Assembly: GCF_963921235.1 (NCBI RefSeq)
Contig: NC_086097.1
Coordinates: 34,164,001 to 34,228,000 of the forward strand
DNA length: 64,000 nt
Direction: 5' to 3'
From: Mobula hypostoma
Lineage: Eukaryota
The translations under genes and the position numbers were made by a program. The notes beneath the pieces are model-generated. The model did no database searches, was not told where the DNA came from, and saw nothing but the letters and a program-made list of their open reading frames with translations. Positions 26,424-39,374 of this stretch are shown piece after piece (the stretch's first letter is position 1; each line of letters begins with the position of its first letter).

Positions 26424-27751
26424 AGAGAGTTTTCCCCTTAAACCCTACTGATTTCACTTTCATCTAGAATGAACTAAATTGGTTGAACATAGGTTTTTGT
26501 AATATAAGTCATCTCAGAGAGAAGCTGAGTTGAATGATGTATTCATTACCCTAGCTCAACATGTTTTGGCCTTTTCGTCAGAGTGCACTCACTAGGGCCC
26601 ACCATCATTGAATAACAGAGATAATCTTGGAACCTCTTCTTTTTGTGTACCTAACCACCTATCCCTGCAGTTCATTTGCAGCCAGGAATGACTTCCCCAT
26701 GAATATCCTCTCAACGTCATTGACTGGGAACTCAGCTAAATCAGCCAATAGTAGCTAAAGTTTAAAATAGTTTTTGAAGCTTTTCTAGTGCACTCTGGGA
26801 ACTCAGAAAGGTCAAGAAAAATGAACACAAGTGTGAAAAAGTTTTAGTATCACCAAAAACGTTTTAGCATCATAGCATCAACCCTTTCTCAGTGGCATAA
26901 AAAGTGGAAATTGGAAACAAATAAAGAGCTAGAAATAATTAGTAGATCAAGCAGCATTCATGAGGAGGAAGACGCAGTTAATGTTTTAAGTCAATGTCAA
27001 AACATTTTAAGTAAAAGCTACCATCCTGTAACAAGAGCTTTATTGCTCTCTCAGTGGGATGCTGCTTGACCAGCTGAGTATTCTTGCAGTTTCTGCTTTC
27101 ATTTTCATACATTATGCAGACCTGGATTTATAATAATTTTAAAAAATGCTCTAATGATGATTAGTGACTTAACTGATCAATAAGCTGGGAAAAACAGGAC
27201 TGCAGAACATAAGACAGATTCACCAAAACAGTCTCTGACTTCCCAATTTTAGTGATAAGTGGGAAATCGAGTTTATGCTATTTTTGTATAATACCACTAC
27301 CACACCTCTGGCATACCCACCCATCAAATGCTGTGAAAATCTTTTAATACTTATGAAAACATTTAAAGATTATTAACATCAAAACACCATCATCCTGAAG
27401 TCCTCAAATAAAACTTAATTGATTTTGCTTTCATTGCAAGACATTTTTAAATTCCCTTTAGTTCATTTCAGAAAGCAAGGACCTAACACACATGGTGCAA
27501 GTAATTACCACAATTATTTTTAAAGCTTTTTCCCTGAAAAATCTATAATCAGAGCAATTCTTTCTGCTTAAACCAGAGGGCAATTGCACTGTAATTTTTC
27601 AACAAGAGTCTAATAGAATATTTACAAGGATTAATTACTGCAAGATGGGAAATGCAACACGCCAGTGACCAGTGAATGATAAACTCCTTTACTTTGTGTA
27701 TCCTGTTTTGTTGTTGAAATTCTATTGTACATCTGCTGTGGTGATGTACTA

Positions 27752-28610
27752 CAAGTTGAACACGCCTCATCCAAAATGCTTCGGGCCAGAAGTGTTTTCA
27801 ATTTCCTTTTTTTTTTGATTTTGGAATATATAATGAAATAGCTTGGGATTGTCATCATTTCTGACTGAATTTACATGCTACTAATAAGAAGTCTGTGTTT
27901 CACACTTGTTCATTATACATATGTAAGTAACAGTAAAAATTATTACATACCATTAATATAATGAAAATATAATGTGTGCAGGGTAACAAAAGCAGCATCG
28001 GGAGAATACCTGAATCAGCTATTGAACAACAAACAATGGCAGGCTTTCAGTCTCTACCTACAATGCTGTGTTTTAATTAAAAGGTCATAGTACACTGTAT
28101 TTGTATTTTACCTTTTTCGGGTTTTATGGAAGGTACAAAAACAATCAGCGTTGTAGACCTGTTCTGGTGTTAGATTTTCATCAGCAATGATCTTGGCAAA
28201 CTCATCAATGAATTTCTCTGCTGTTACACAATCAGCAGACACTTTATCACCAAAGTATTTTAAAATTTATTGATGTGCCTTTTTCTTAAATTTCTGCCAC
28301 CAGCCTGCTGAGTATTCACAATTATCTTCAATTTTCAGTTCATTGTGATAGATCTTTGCTTGTTTCATGATCTACATACCTTTAAGAGGCATACATTCAC
28401 TCTGATGCTGATGAATCCACTCTTTCAATACATGAACAAGATCTCCATTCTTCGCCTTATGAAGTGTTTTCTATTTTTCATTAACTTCTACACATTGCCT
28501 GGGAACCTTCCCAGCACTTTGTGGAATTTTCCATTTGTAATGTTACATCAACCCTCAAAAGAAATTCTGATTTTGGATTTTGGCCTTTCAGCTAAGGGGT
28601 ACTCAACGTG
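27752..28610 (-). mobile_element. Tigger4/Zombi-like pogo DNA transposon, internally deleted
   Basis: TA TSDs (27750-27751, 28611-28612); TIRs caagttgaacacgcctcatcc / taaggggtactcaacgtg; transposase remnant EYSAGWWQKFKKR..AEKFIDEFAKIIADENLTPEQVYNAD. Confidence 0.85.
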
Positions 28611-28716
28611 TAATTTGTTGCTTCAGGTGGCAAAACAATGCATTATGGTGGTTCTTTATCAATTGTTATCTTCACCACGAAGGTAGCTGTAGTCCAAATT
28701 GACAGATATCATTTGA

Positions 28717-28894
28717 ACAGTACACACAACATGCTGGAGGAACTCAGAATGCCATGCAGCAACTATGGAAAAGAGTACAGTCCATGTTTTGGGGTGAGAC
28801 CCTTCATCAGTATGTCAAATGGCCTGCTGAGTTCCTCCAGCATTTTGTGTGTGTTGCTTGGATTTCCAGCATCTGCGGAATTTCTCTTGTTTGA
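28717..28894. mobile_element. Palindromic Penelope-terminal-repeat derivative
   Basis: Inverted arms acacacaacatgctggaggaactcag / ctgagttcctccagcattttgtgtgt; central cccttcatcag. Confidence 0.8.
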
Positions 28895-29024
28895 GATATC
28901 GTTTGAAGCCTGGTTGACAGCATTCTAGTTTGCTAAGTCAGAAACTTCTGGGTTTGTCACAAACCAAAGAGTAGAACCTAAATATCTGTGTTCCCGCTTT
29001 ACTGCACCAATTGTTCAGTCACAG

Positions 29025-29320
29025 TACAAAGTAAATTTTATTATCAGAGTACATACACATCACCACATACAACCCTGAGATTCTTTTTCCTGCGGGCATA
29101 CTCAGCAAATCTATAGAATAGTAACTATAACGGGATCAATGAAAGATCAAGTAGAGCGTAGAAGACAACAAACTGTAAATGCAAATATAAAATCAATAGC
29201 AATAAGTAACAAGAACATGAAATAACAAGATAAAGATTCCCTAAAGTGAGATCATTGGTTGGGGGAACACCTCAATAGATGAGTGTAGTTATCCCCTTTT
29301 GTTCTGATGGTTGAGCCTAA
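29025..29320 (-). mobile_element. Rex1-like 3' UTR fragment
   Basis: aaagtaaattttattatcagagtacat..caaccctgagattc tail family. Confidence 0.6.
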
Positions 29321-29494
29321 CTGGACCTCTTTTAGACCTCTCAGGTATAAAGCATTTCATGCCAATTTTCTGAAGAGTATCTGATACATGATCATTATTA
29401 ATACACAAAGAGCATCTCTGAAAAGATATGTTTTGTGTCCTTAAATTATTTACCTTTAGGAACTGCACTTCCTATGCAACAAAACTTACCACAG

Positions 29495-30176
29495 GGCTTG
29501 AGGGATCAGAAGTGGAAAGAGTGAGCTATTTCAAGCTCCTGGTGTCAACATCTCTGGAGATTCATCCTGGGCCCAACATATCGATGCAATTACAAAGAAG
29601 TCATGGCAGTAGCTGTATTTCATTAGAAGTTTTAGGAGAAATGGTGTGTCACCAAAGACTCAAGCAAATTTCTATAGATGTACTGTGGAGAGCATTGTAA
29701 CTGGTTGCATCAAAGGCTCATATTGAAGGGCTACTGCACAGGATTGGAAAAAACTCCTGAAAGTTTCAAACTCAGCCAGTTCCATCATGGGCACTGGCAT
29801 CGAGGACAAATTCAAAAGTCGCTGCCTCAGAAAGGCTACCCATTGAGGACCCCCATCACAGGGGACATGCCCTCTTCTCATTGCTACCATCAAGGAGGAG
29901 GTACAGCGGACTAAAGACACACATGCAACATTTTAGGAACAGCTTCTTCCCCAGCGCCATCAGATATCTGAGTGGAAAATGAACCCATGTACAGTACCTC
30001 ACTTGTTTTGCTCTTTTTTTGTAATACTTATTTAATTCAATTATATATATATTCTAATTGTACTTTGTAGTTTTCTGTTTTTATTATTACGTATTACACT
30101 GTCCTGCTGTCGCAAAACCACAAATTTCATGACATATGCTAGTGATGTTAAACCTGATTCTGAATCCAATTCTGAT
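29495..30176 (+). mobile_element. Rex1/Babar 3' fragment, decayed
   Basis: GSEVERVSYFKLL; FRNSFFPSAIR; tail aaacctgattctga. Confidence 0.82.
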
Positions 30177-30519
30177 ACAAGTTCAAAATTACTAAACTGA
30201 CTGCAAAATCCCATGCAATGACACGAGGCTGCACAAAAGCACTTTATAATTAAGTCTTTTAACTTCCTAACTGATCTTCATTCAAAAACATGAAGCTTCT
30301 TGGATTTCTGAGAATCCAGGATCACTCGGTATAAATGAACACTGCAAATTGCAGATGCAAAAGACCTGATATAAAAATAGAAAATCTGACTGCTGAGAAT
30401 TTCCAGTATTTTCTGTTTTGAAATTATAGATCAGAGATTTGTTTCATTAACATCATAAAATCTGATGATCTGCCTCACAGAGATGTATGAAAGGAGCAGA
30501 CGATGAGCACAAAGTTCCC

Positions 30520-30700
30520 TAGTGGTGCAGCGGCTAGTGCTGCTGCCTCGTAGCACCAGGGTCACCCTCCTGACCACTGGTGCTGCCTGTGTGGAGTTTA
30601 AACGTTCACCTGTGACCAAGGTGCTCTTCTTTTCTCCAACAAGCTGTAAGGTTAATTGACTGAAATAGATGGGCCTGTAATGGGAAGGACATGAATTTAA
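30520..30700 (+). mobile_element. Decayed tRNA-derived HE1/V-SINE-like SINE
   Basis: A-box-like tggtgcagcgg; V-domain gtgtggagttt. Confidence 0.6.
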
Positions 30701-30714
30701 ATTAGCAGAAGGAT

Positions 30715-30960
30715 TAACAGGGAGCTGAGAAGAGGTTATTTCACGCAGTCAGTAGTAAGGACCTGGAACTCCCTACATTAAAGGCTAGAGGAAGCAGTAA
30801 CCTTCACAGTTAAGAAGTACTCACAGGAGCACTTGAAGAACTAAACCAACAGAGCTATGGACTAGAGGATGGTGTGGAATTAACTAACTTAAAATCTATT
30901 TCTGGCATTTATCTGACTGGCTGAACTGCCTTCTGCTATGCTGTACTGTGCTATGATTGT
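30715..30960 (+). mobile_element. Old CR1 3' end
   Basis: ttatttcacgcag..ctggaactccctac..; tail tgtgctatgatt. Confidence 0.55.
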
Positions 30961-31503
30961 CTGGAAATAGATGCCTGAAATCCACCTTGCCTGACTTTTC
31001 ATTTCCACAGACCTCAGTGACCTTTAAAACAGACACATAGGCTGCTCAGTAAATAGGCACCTCTACCGCAATGGCGTCAAAGTTGAACTTCACCCTTTGT
31101 GCTTTGTGCATAGAACACCTGACGACTATAATTCAATTTAACAATGCAATCCGAATGCTTTTAAATTACTTCTCAAGAAGTCAACCATTTTATACGAACT
31201 GGTAAAATGCCTTTTGAAAACATTTGTTTTAGTGCAGCTATTCAAACTTGTGTCTTTATTAGAATGTGATTAGACTTCAAATTGATCTGATGTACTCTAA
31301 GATAAATTGATCGATCTGATGAGTGGAAAAATACAATTTTTTGGTTTAGACTTTAGACCAGCAAGATCCCACATTCAACTCCTTATCCTCATTAAGCCCA
31401 GGATAACAGTATTGGCCCAGCCCTTGAATTAGCGAAACAATCACTGGGGAGTGGTCTGATTTCCATTGCCCCTTTGAATGGTGGAAGTAAGTGGATAGCA
31501 AAT

Positions 31504-32022
31504 ATAGTCAGCGGCAACTTTATTAGCTGCCCCTGTACAGTTGCTCATTAACGCACATATCTAACCAGCCAATCATGTAGCAGTAGCTCAATGCATAAAA
31601 GCACACAGGCATGGTCAAGAGGTTTAGTTGCTGTTCAGACCAAACAGCAGAATGGGGAAGAAATGTGATGTAAGGGACTTTGACCATGGAATGACTGTTG
31701 GTCCAGATGGGGCGGTTTGAGTACCTCAGAAACTGATGAATTCCTGGGATTTTCATGCACACCAGTTTACAGAGAATGGTGCGAGAAACAAAAAGGATCC
31801 AATGAGTGGCAGCTCAGTGGGCAAAAATGCCTTGATAATGAGACAGGTCACAGAATGGCCAGTCTGGTTCAAGCTGACAGAAAGACGATAACAACTCAAA
31901 TAACCACACGTTACAACAGTGGTGTGCAGAAGAGTACCTCTGTACGCACAACATGTCAAACCTTGAAGTGGATGGTCTACAGCAGCAGTAGACCATGAGC
32001 ATACAGAAATGCACCCAGTGTA
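31504..32022 (+). mobile_element. Tc1/mariner (TC1DR3-like) internally deleted element
   Basis: Left end resembles CACTCACCGGCCACTTTATTAGGTACACC; transposase N-terminus MGKKCDVRDFDHGM..STSETDEFLGFS..VYREWCEKQK..LVQADRK; no DDE domain. Confidence 0.82.
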
Positions 32023-32110
32023 CACCTTAATTTGCTATTCATACATTGCAACCTCAGCAAGGTAACAGAGCACATGATTCAATTACTTTCACCACTTATT
32101 ACTTTCCCTA

Positions 32111-34693
32111 GTGGAGTTTGTGACTGTTAGATGCAGACCATTTTATTTACCACGGGAATACACCACTGTCCTTATAATCGGTGTCTACATTCCCCTCAGC
32201 GCTAATGCTAAGGAGGCGCTCTGTGAACTGTATGGGGCTATTAGTGAACTGCAGAACGCACACCCTGATGGACTGTTTATTGTCGCCGGAGATTTTAACC
32301 ACATGAACCTTAAGTCAGTGCTCCCCAGATTCCATCAGAACGTGGACTTTGCAATGAGAGGGGAGAACGCTTTGGACCTTGTTTACACAAATATTCCCGA
32401 CGCGTACCGGGCGGAGTCCTGCCCCCCCACCTCGGTTACTCAGACCACATCTCTGTTATGCTAATCCCAGCATACAGACCACTCGTCAGGCGCTCCAGAC
32501 CTGTTCTGAAGCAGGTGAAAACCTGGCCAGCAGGAGCCATCTCTGCTCTTCAAGACTGCTTTGAGCACACTGACTGGCACATGTTCAGGGAGGCTGCAAC
32601 CGATGGCGACTCTACCAACTTAGAGAAGTACACGGCATCAGTGACTAGCTACATCAGCAAGTACATCGATAACGTCACTGTGGCCAGGACCATCACTACA
32701 CGCGCTAACCAGAAGCCATGGATGACCGTGGAGGTGCGTGCGCTGCTGAGGACCCGTGACTCCACCTTCAGAGCAGGCGACAAGGCAGCCCTAACAACAG
32801 CGAGGGCCAAACTGTTCCAGGCCATCAGAGAGGCAAAGTGTGCAGACGCCCAGCGAATCCACAGCCACTTCCAGGATAGCGGCGCATATGGAAGGGCATT
32901 CAGGACATCACCAACTACAAGACAACACCACCTGCCTGTGCTGATGATGCCTCCCTCCCAGACGTGTTGAACAACTTCTACGCTCGTTTTGAGGCAGAAA
33001 ATGACTGGCGGCGAGGAAGACCACCCCTCCGCCAAATGACCAGGTGCTGTGTCTTACCGTGGCCGATGTGAGGAGAACCCTGTGCAGGGTCAACCCACGG
33101 AAAGCTGCTGGACCAGACAATATTCCTGGCAGAGTGCTTAGAGGATGTGCAGACCAGCTGGCAGATGTTCTCACTGACATCTTCAATATCTCCCTGAGCA
33201 GCGCCGTCATTCCTACGTGCTTCAAGGCCACCACCATCGTCCCCGTGCCAAAGAGGTCTTCAGTGTCCTGACTCAATGACTACCGTCCCATCGCACTCAC
33301 ATCCATTGTCATGAAGTGTTTCAAGAGGCTCGTCATGAGGCACATCAAGACCCTGCTGCCCCCTCACTGGACCCCCAGCAGTTCTCGTATTGTCCCAATC
33401 GCTCAACAGATGACATCATCGCCAGCACCCTCTACTTGGCCCTTACCCACCTGGACAAAAAAGACACATACGTTCGAATGCTGTACATAGACTTCAGTTC
33501 AGCATTCAACACAATCATTCCTCAGCACTTGATTGGAAAGCTGAATCTGCTGGGCCTGAACACCTCCCTCTGCAACTGGATCCTAGACTTCCTGACTGGG
33601 AGACCTCAGTCAGTCTGGATCGGGAGCATCATCTCCAACACCATCACACTGAGGACGGGGGCCCCCCAGGGCTGTGTGCTCAGTCCACTGCTGTTCACTC
33701 TGCTGACCCACGACTGTGCTGCAACACACAGCTCGAACCACATCATCAAGTTCGCCGATGACATGACCGTGGTGGGTCTCATCAGCAAGAATGACGAGTC
33801 AGCATACAGAGAGGAGGTGCAGTGGCTAACGGACTGGTGCAGAGCCAACAACCTGTCTCTGAATGTGAACGAAACAAAAGAGATGGTTGTTGACTTCAGG
33901 AGGACACGGAGCGACCACTCTCCGCTGAACATCGATGACTCTTCCATAGAGATCGTTAAGAGCACCAAATTTCCCGGTGTTCACCTGGCAGAGAATCTCA
34001 CCTGGTCCCTCAACACCAGCTCCATAGCAAAGAAAGCCCAGCAGTGTCTCTACTTTTTGCGAAGGCTGAGAAAAGTCCATCTCCCATCCCCCATCCTCAC
34101 CATATTCTACAGAGGTTGTATTGAGAGCATCCTGAGCAGCTGCATCACGGCCTGGTTCAGAAACTGCACCATCTCGGATCGCAAGACCCTGCAGCGGATA
34201 GTGAGGTCAGCAGAGATCACTGGGGTCTCTCTTCCCGCCATTACAGACATTTATACCACACGCTGCATCCGCAAAGCAAACAGCATTATGAAGGACCCCA
34301 CGCACCCCTCATACAAACTCTTCTCCCTCCTGCCATCTGGCAAAAGGCACCGAAGCATTCGGACTTTCACGACCAGACTATGTAACAGTTTCTTCCCCCA
34401 AGCCATCAGACTCCTCAATACCCAGAGCCTGGACTGACACCAACCTACTGCCCTCTACTGTGCCTATTGTCTCGTTTATTACTTATTGTAATGCCTGCAC
34501 TGTTTTGTGCACTTTATGCAGAACTGGGTAGGTCTGTAGTCTAGTGTAGCTTTTGTGTTGTTTTAAGTAGTTCGGTGTAGTTTTTGTATTGTTTCATGTA
34601 GCACCATGGTCCTGAAAAACGTTGTCTCGTTTTTACTGTGTACTGTACCAGCAGTTATGGTCAAAATGATAATAAAAAGTGACTTGACTTGAC
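32111..34693 (+). mobile_element. Rex1/Babar LINE, 5'-truncated within the endonuclease, relatively young
   Basis: [63 protein letters not shown]; tail aataaaaagtgacttgacttgac; a few frameshifts. Confidence 0.95.
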
Positions 34694-34914
34694 CAGCAGA
34701 CAACAAATGCAAACTAGAGGAGTGCAACAAATCACCAAAAGTATATTTCAAAAATGTATTACTGGAAGATGTTTTGTTCAGTCATCCTTAGTAGCATTTC
34801 TGACTTGAGAAAGATTGAGCTTGAGTAATCATGAACAAATTGAGAGACAGTAAACTGCATGACTTTTCTTAATGCATAGGGTAAGTAACAAAAAAACAGC
34901 ACAACTGGAAGTAA

Positions 34915-35015
34915 AAAAATACTGCAGATGCTGGAAATGTGCAAAGAATGCTCAGCAGGTCAGGCAGCATATCGAGAGAGAGAAACCATTGAGGTCAAAG
35001 ACCCTTGATCAAAAC
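34915..35015 (-). mobile_element. Penelope terminal-repeat fragment
   Basis: ctgcagatgctggaaat..ctcagcaggtcaggcagcat..gacccttgatca. Confidence 0.65.
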
Positions 35016-35052
35016 CTCTTCAGAAAATTATGTTCACTTTAACCCTACATTT

Positions 35053-36010
35053 AGAGTCATAGAATCATAGAGTAGTGCAGCACTGAAACTGGCCCTTTGG
35101 CCCATCTAGTCCATGCTGAATTGTTAGTTTGCCTAGTCCTATTGAATCATACCTGTGCAATAGACCTCAATGCTCCTCCCATCCATGTACTTATCCAAAT
35201 TTACCTGAAATGTTGAAATTGGACATGCATGCAAAATTTCCTCTGGCAGCTCATTCCACACTCATCACACTCTGAATGAAGAGATTCTCCCTCAGGTTCC
35301 CCTTAAGTATTTCGCCTTTTATTCTTATTCTGTGTCTTCTAGTTCTAGTCTTACACAATATCAGTGGTAAAAGCCTATTTGCATTAACCCTATCTATACC
35401 CCTACTAATTTTGTATACTTCAATTATAACTCCCCTCATTCTCCTATGCTCCAGGAAATAAAGTCCTAACTTATTCAACCTTTCCTTATAGCTAAGGTCC
35501 TCAGGTCCCGGCAACATCCTTGTAAACTCTCTCCATACACTTTCAATCTTATTGATCTTTCCTGTTGAGAGATGACCAGAACTGCACACAATACTCTCAC
35601 CAATGCCTTAAATATCTCCCAACTCCTGTACTCAATACTCTGATTTATGAAGGCCAATGTGCCAAAAGCTCTCTTTATGAGCCTATCTACCTGTGCCGCT
35701 CTTTTAAAGAAATTATGGTTCTGTACTCGCTGATCTCTCAGCACTATCACACTCCTCAGAGCCCTACTCTTCATGGTGTAACCAAAAGGACATTTTGGTT
35801 TGTCTTCCCAAAATGCAACACCTCACACTTGTCTGCATTAAATCCCATCTGCCATTTTTCAGTCCATTTTTTCCGGCTGAGATTGACTACCCCACAATCC
35901 TGGTGTCATCCACAGATTTGCTGATCCAGTTTACACAACATCATCTAGATTATTGATATAGATGACGAACAACAATGCACCCAACACTGATCCCTGCAGC
36001 ACACCACAAT
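35053..36010 (-). mobile_element. Decayed CR1 3' part
   Basis: RAFGTLAFINQSIEYRS, FTRMLPG, RRMRG; tail tagagtcatagaatcatag. Confidence 0.85.
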
Positions 36011-36049
36011 TGCTTAGCAAAGATTTGAGCAAGGTCCATTTGTCCTAAA

Positions 36050-36262
36050 TCAACAAACATGAGGAAATCTGCAGGTACTGGAAATCCAAGACAACACACT
36101 TGCTGGAGTAACTCAGCAGGTCAGGCAGCACCTATGGAAAGGAATAAACAGACAATGTTTCGGGCCAAGAGCCTTCATCTCGGCTTGAAACGTCAACTGT
36201 TTATTCCTTTCCGTAGATGCTACCTGATCTGCTGAGTTCCTCCAACCTTTTGTGTGTGTTGC
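36050..36262. mobile_element. Palindromic Penelope-terminal-repeat derivative
   Basis: Long inverted arms (ggaaaggaataaacag / ctgtttattcctttcc) around gtttcgggcc..ccttcatc..gaaacgtc. Confidence 0.85.
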
Positions 36263-37214
36263 CCTAAACTAACTCCCACTTAAACTAACTTTTAAACATT
36301 ACAACCAGTTATTCCAAAATGTTTAGTCACCTACTGATGTGGAGCATATAGATCCAATTCCTTAATATTCCAAAAACTGACTGTGTTGCCAACCAACACG
36401 ACTTCATGCTTGAAAGAATCCTCAATGTTTATAAAGCTATTGTTCTCTAAATTATATTCAAGATGTCATATGCATGATCTAGGAATAAAATCTTCAATAA
36501 TTATGGAAAATAAACACATGCAATGTGTGTTTTCGCAGCTGTGAGCTTCAAGGAATCCATCTAACCTGCCCAAGCATCATCTAATAGGAATTTGAAATGT
36601 ACTGGATAAACAAGGTTGAATTTACTGCACATAATCTAAGGAACAAACCGATGTTTATTTATCTACTCCTGCCGTGACTTCAAACGTCAAACAGGTTAAC
36701 CTGGATGCTGTATTTAAATACCCTGCTTTACATATGAAGGAAATAAAGAATAAAGAATGCAGATAAAGGAAAAGAGGGCTTGAGATAATTTGAGACGGTG
36801 AACAGTTGTGATTAGGACTATTTAAAAGATTTTTTTTAAATTGACTGGTTTTACAAAGTTAGCTCTGTTTTTTTTAATGTCCGATATACAGAAAATTATT
36901 CAGAAAGCATCTTCTTTTGAAAATAATTGATTTATTAAGAATTGCGGATTTTCTTGAGCATTTCTTGTCATCTTCATGGTTTTCATAATTATTCATCAGC
37001 AATATACTCTCCAAATGACATCCTTACAGCTACTGGAGTGAAGACTGATCTGGTCCAGAAGAGGTTTATCTCTTCTTAATGGTACTCTTCCATAATTGAA
37101 ATAAGTATTGCCTTTTTCTCTCCATTATATGTGAAAATGAATCGATTTCCCGAAAAAGACATTTCTATCTACTGTGCTGTCAGGTTATATTACAGCAGGC
37201 TTAATGGAAAGTTA

Positions 37215-38325
37215 ACCATAAGAACATGAGAAATGGAAGCAGCAAGTCATGTGTCACTTGTGCTTGCTCTGCCACTCACTGAAATCACGGCAAATCTTTG
37301 ACGTCCACCACTAGTTTTCGTTGCATTATTATTCCCTTAACATCTGAAAATCTAAAAGTCTTGCAAATCTTCAACGATCTATATCCTTCTTCTAGAGCAA
37401 TGAATTCGCAAGTTTCAACTCCCTCCAAGTAATAAAAAATCTTCTCATCTACTGAATAGCAAACAATTTGTTTTCAAACAATGACTCACTATTCTATAGG
37501 CTCCAACCAGAGCAATCATCAACTCTGCATTGATTCTTTCAAGTTCCTTTAGAATTTTGTATGTTTCAGCAATCTCATTCTTCTAAACAGAGACTATAGA
37601 CCTAGGCTGCTGAATCCCTCCTTATAGACAGAACTACCATCTCAGGAATCAATTTAGTGGCCTCTCAATTGACTCCTTTGAACGCAAGCACATCTTAGAC
37701 AGTGAGATCAGTCCTGCATACAATGTTTCAATCTCACCAAGACACTAAATAAACGGTATGAGGTATCTTTTCTCTTATGCTTAAATTCTCTCGCAATGAA
37801 GGCTAAGACATTATTTGTTTTCTTCGCTGATGGTGGTAAATTTAAGTTTCAGTAATTTGTTAACGAGTACACCTAGACTTCTCTGAACATCAATACCTTC
37901 AACCCTTCACCTTTTAAAAATATTTCCTTTTTCGACCAAAATGAGTTAATGATTTTCCACCAGATGTCCCATCTGCCGTATCCTTACCCATTCATCTAAC
38001 CTGTGTAAATCCCTCTGAAGGCTCATTGTATTCCTCCTCACAGTTCACACTGCCACCATCATTCTATCATCAGCAAACCTGGATATACACATTACACATG
38101 ACGAAGGGTCTCGGCCCGAAACGTCATCTGTACTTCTTCCTATAGATGCTGCCTGGCCTGCTGCGCTCCACCAGCATTTTGTGTGTGCTGCATATATTAC
38201 ACATGATCCTTTTATTCAAATCATCGATATAGGTTTTGAACTACTGGGACCCAACACTGATCCCTGTCACACCTTACTAATCGCAGCCTACCAACCAGAA
38301 AATAGTCTCTTTATTCCGACTCACT
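37215..38325 (-). mobile_element. Old CR1 3' part, interrupted at 38102-38195
   Basis: Tail ccataagaacatgagaaatggaagcag; RT remnants tcatcagcaaac (FADD) and ccaacactgatccct (GSVLG). Confidence 0.65.
38102..38195 (+). mobile_element. Short Penelope terminal-repeat insertion with a hammerhead core
   Basis: 11-bp TSD attacacatga (38091-38101 / 38196-38206); TGACGA-agggtctcggccc-GAAAC-GTC. Confidence 0.82.
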
Positions 38326-38577
38326 ATACATTATTGTCATTGGAGTTGGCTTATTGTTGTTACCTGTGCCAGGATACAGCGAAAAGCTTGCCCTGCCTAT
38401 GGTTCACACAGATCAAATCATTTAGTCAGTACATTGAGGTAGAACAAGGCAAAATGATAACAATGCGGATAAAGTGTAACAGCTAGAGAAAGTGCAGTAC
38501 AGGTAAACAATAAGGTGCAAGATCATATCAAAGTAGACTGTGAGGTCAAGAGTCCAATTTATCAATCTATAATATCA

Positions 38578-39362
38578 GTTAGAAACATAGAAAACCTACA
38601 GCACAATATAGGCCCTTCGGCCCACAAAGCTGTGCCAAACATGTCCTTACCTGAGAAATTACCTAGGATTACCCACAGCCCTCTATTTTTCTGAGCTCCA
38701 GTCTAGGAGTCTCTTAAAAGACCCTATCATATCCGCCTCCACCACTGTCGCCAACAACTCACCACTCTCTACGTAAAAAACTTACCCCTGACATCTCCTC
38801 TGTACCTACTTCCAAGCACCTTAAAACAGTGCCCTCTCGTGCTAGCCATTTCAGCCCTGGGAAAAAGCTTCTGACTATCCATACGATCAATGCCTCTCAT
38901 CATCTTATACACCTCTATCAGGTCACCTCTCATCCTCCGTTGCTCCAAGGAAAAAAGGCTGAGTTCACTCAACCTATTCTCATAAGGCATGTTCCCCAAT
39001 CCAGGCAACATCCTTGTAAATCTCCTCTGTACCTTTTCTATGGTTTCCACACCCTTCCTGTAGTGAGACGACCAGAACTGAGCACAGTACTCCAAGTGGG
39101 GTCTGACCAAGGTCCTGTATAGCTGTGATATTACCTCTCGGTTGCTAAACTCAGTCCTACGATTGATGAAGGCCAATGCACTGTATGTTTTCTTAACCAC
39201 AGAGTCAACCTGCGCAGTAGCTTTAAGTGTCCTATGGACTCGGACTCCAAGATCCCACTGATCCTCCACACTGCTAAGAGTCTTACCATTAACAAAATAT
39301 TCTGCCATCATATTTGACCTACCAAAATGAACCACCTCACACTTATCAGGGTTGAAGTCCAA
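38578..39362 (-). mobile_element. CR1 3' fragment
   Basis: ORF 38769..39389 (FNPDKCEVVHFG, RPHLEYCAQFWS, RRRMRGD-type motif); tail tagaaacatagaaaacctacag. Confidence 0.9.
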
Positions 39363-39374
39363 CCTATCATATGT

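Noticed and set aside
33316..34437. 373-aa RT ORF as an active or domesticated gene
   Set aside because: Part of a 5'-truncated Rex1 with upstream frameshifts and a stop
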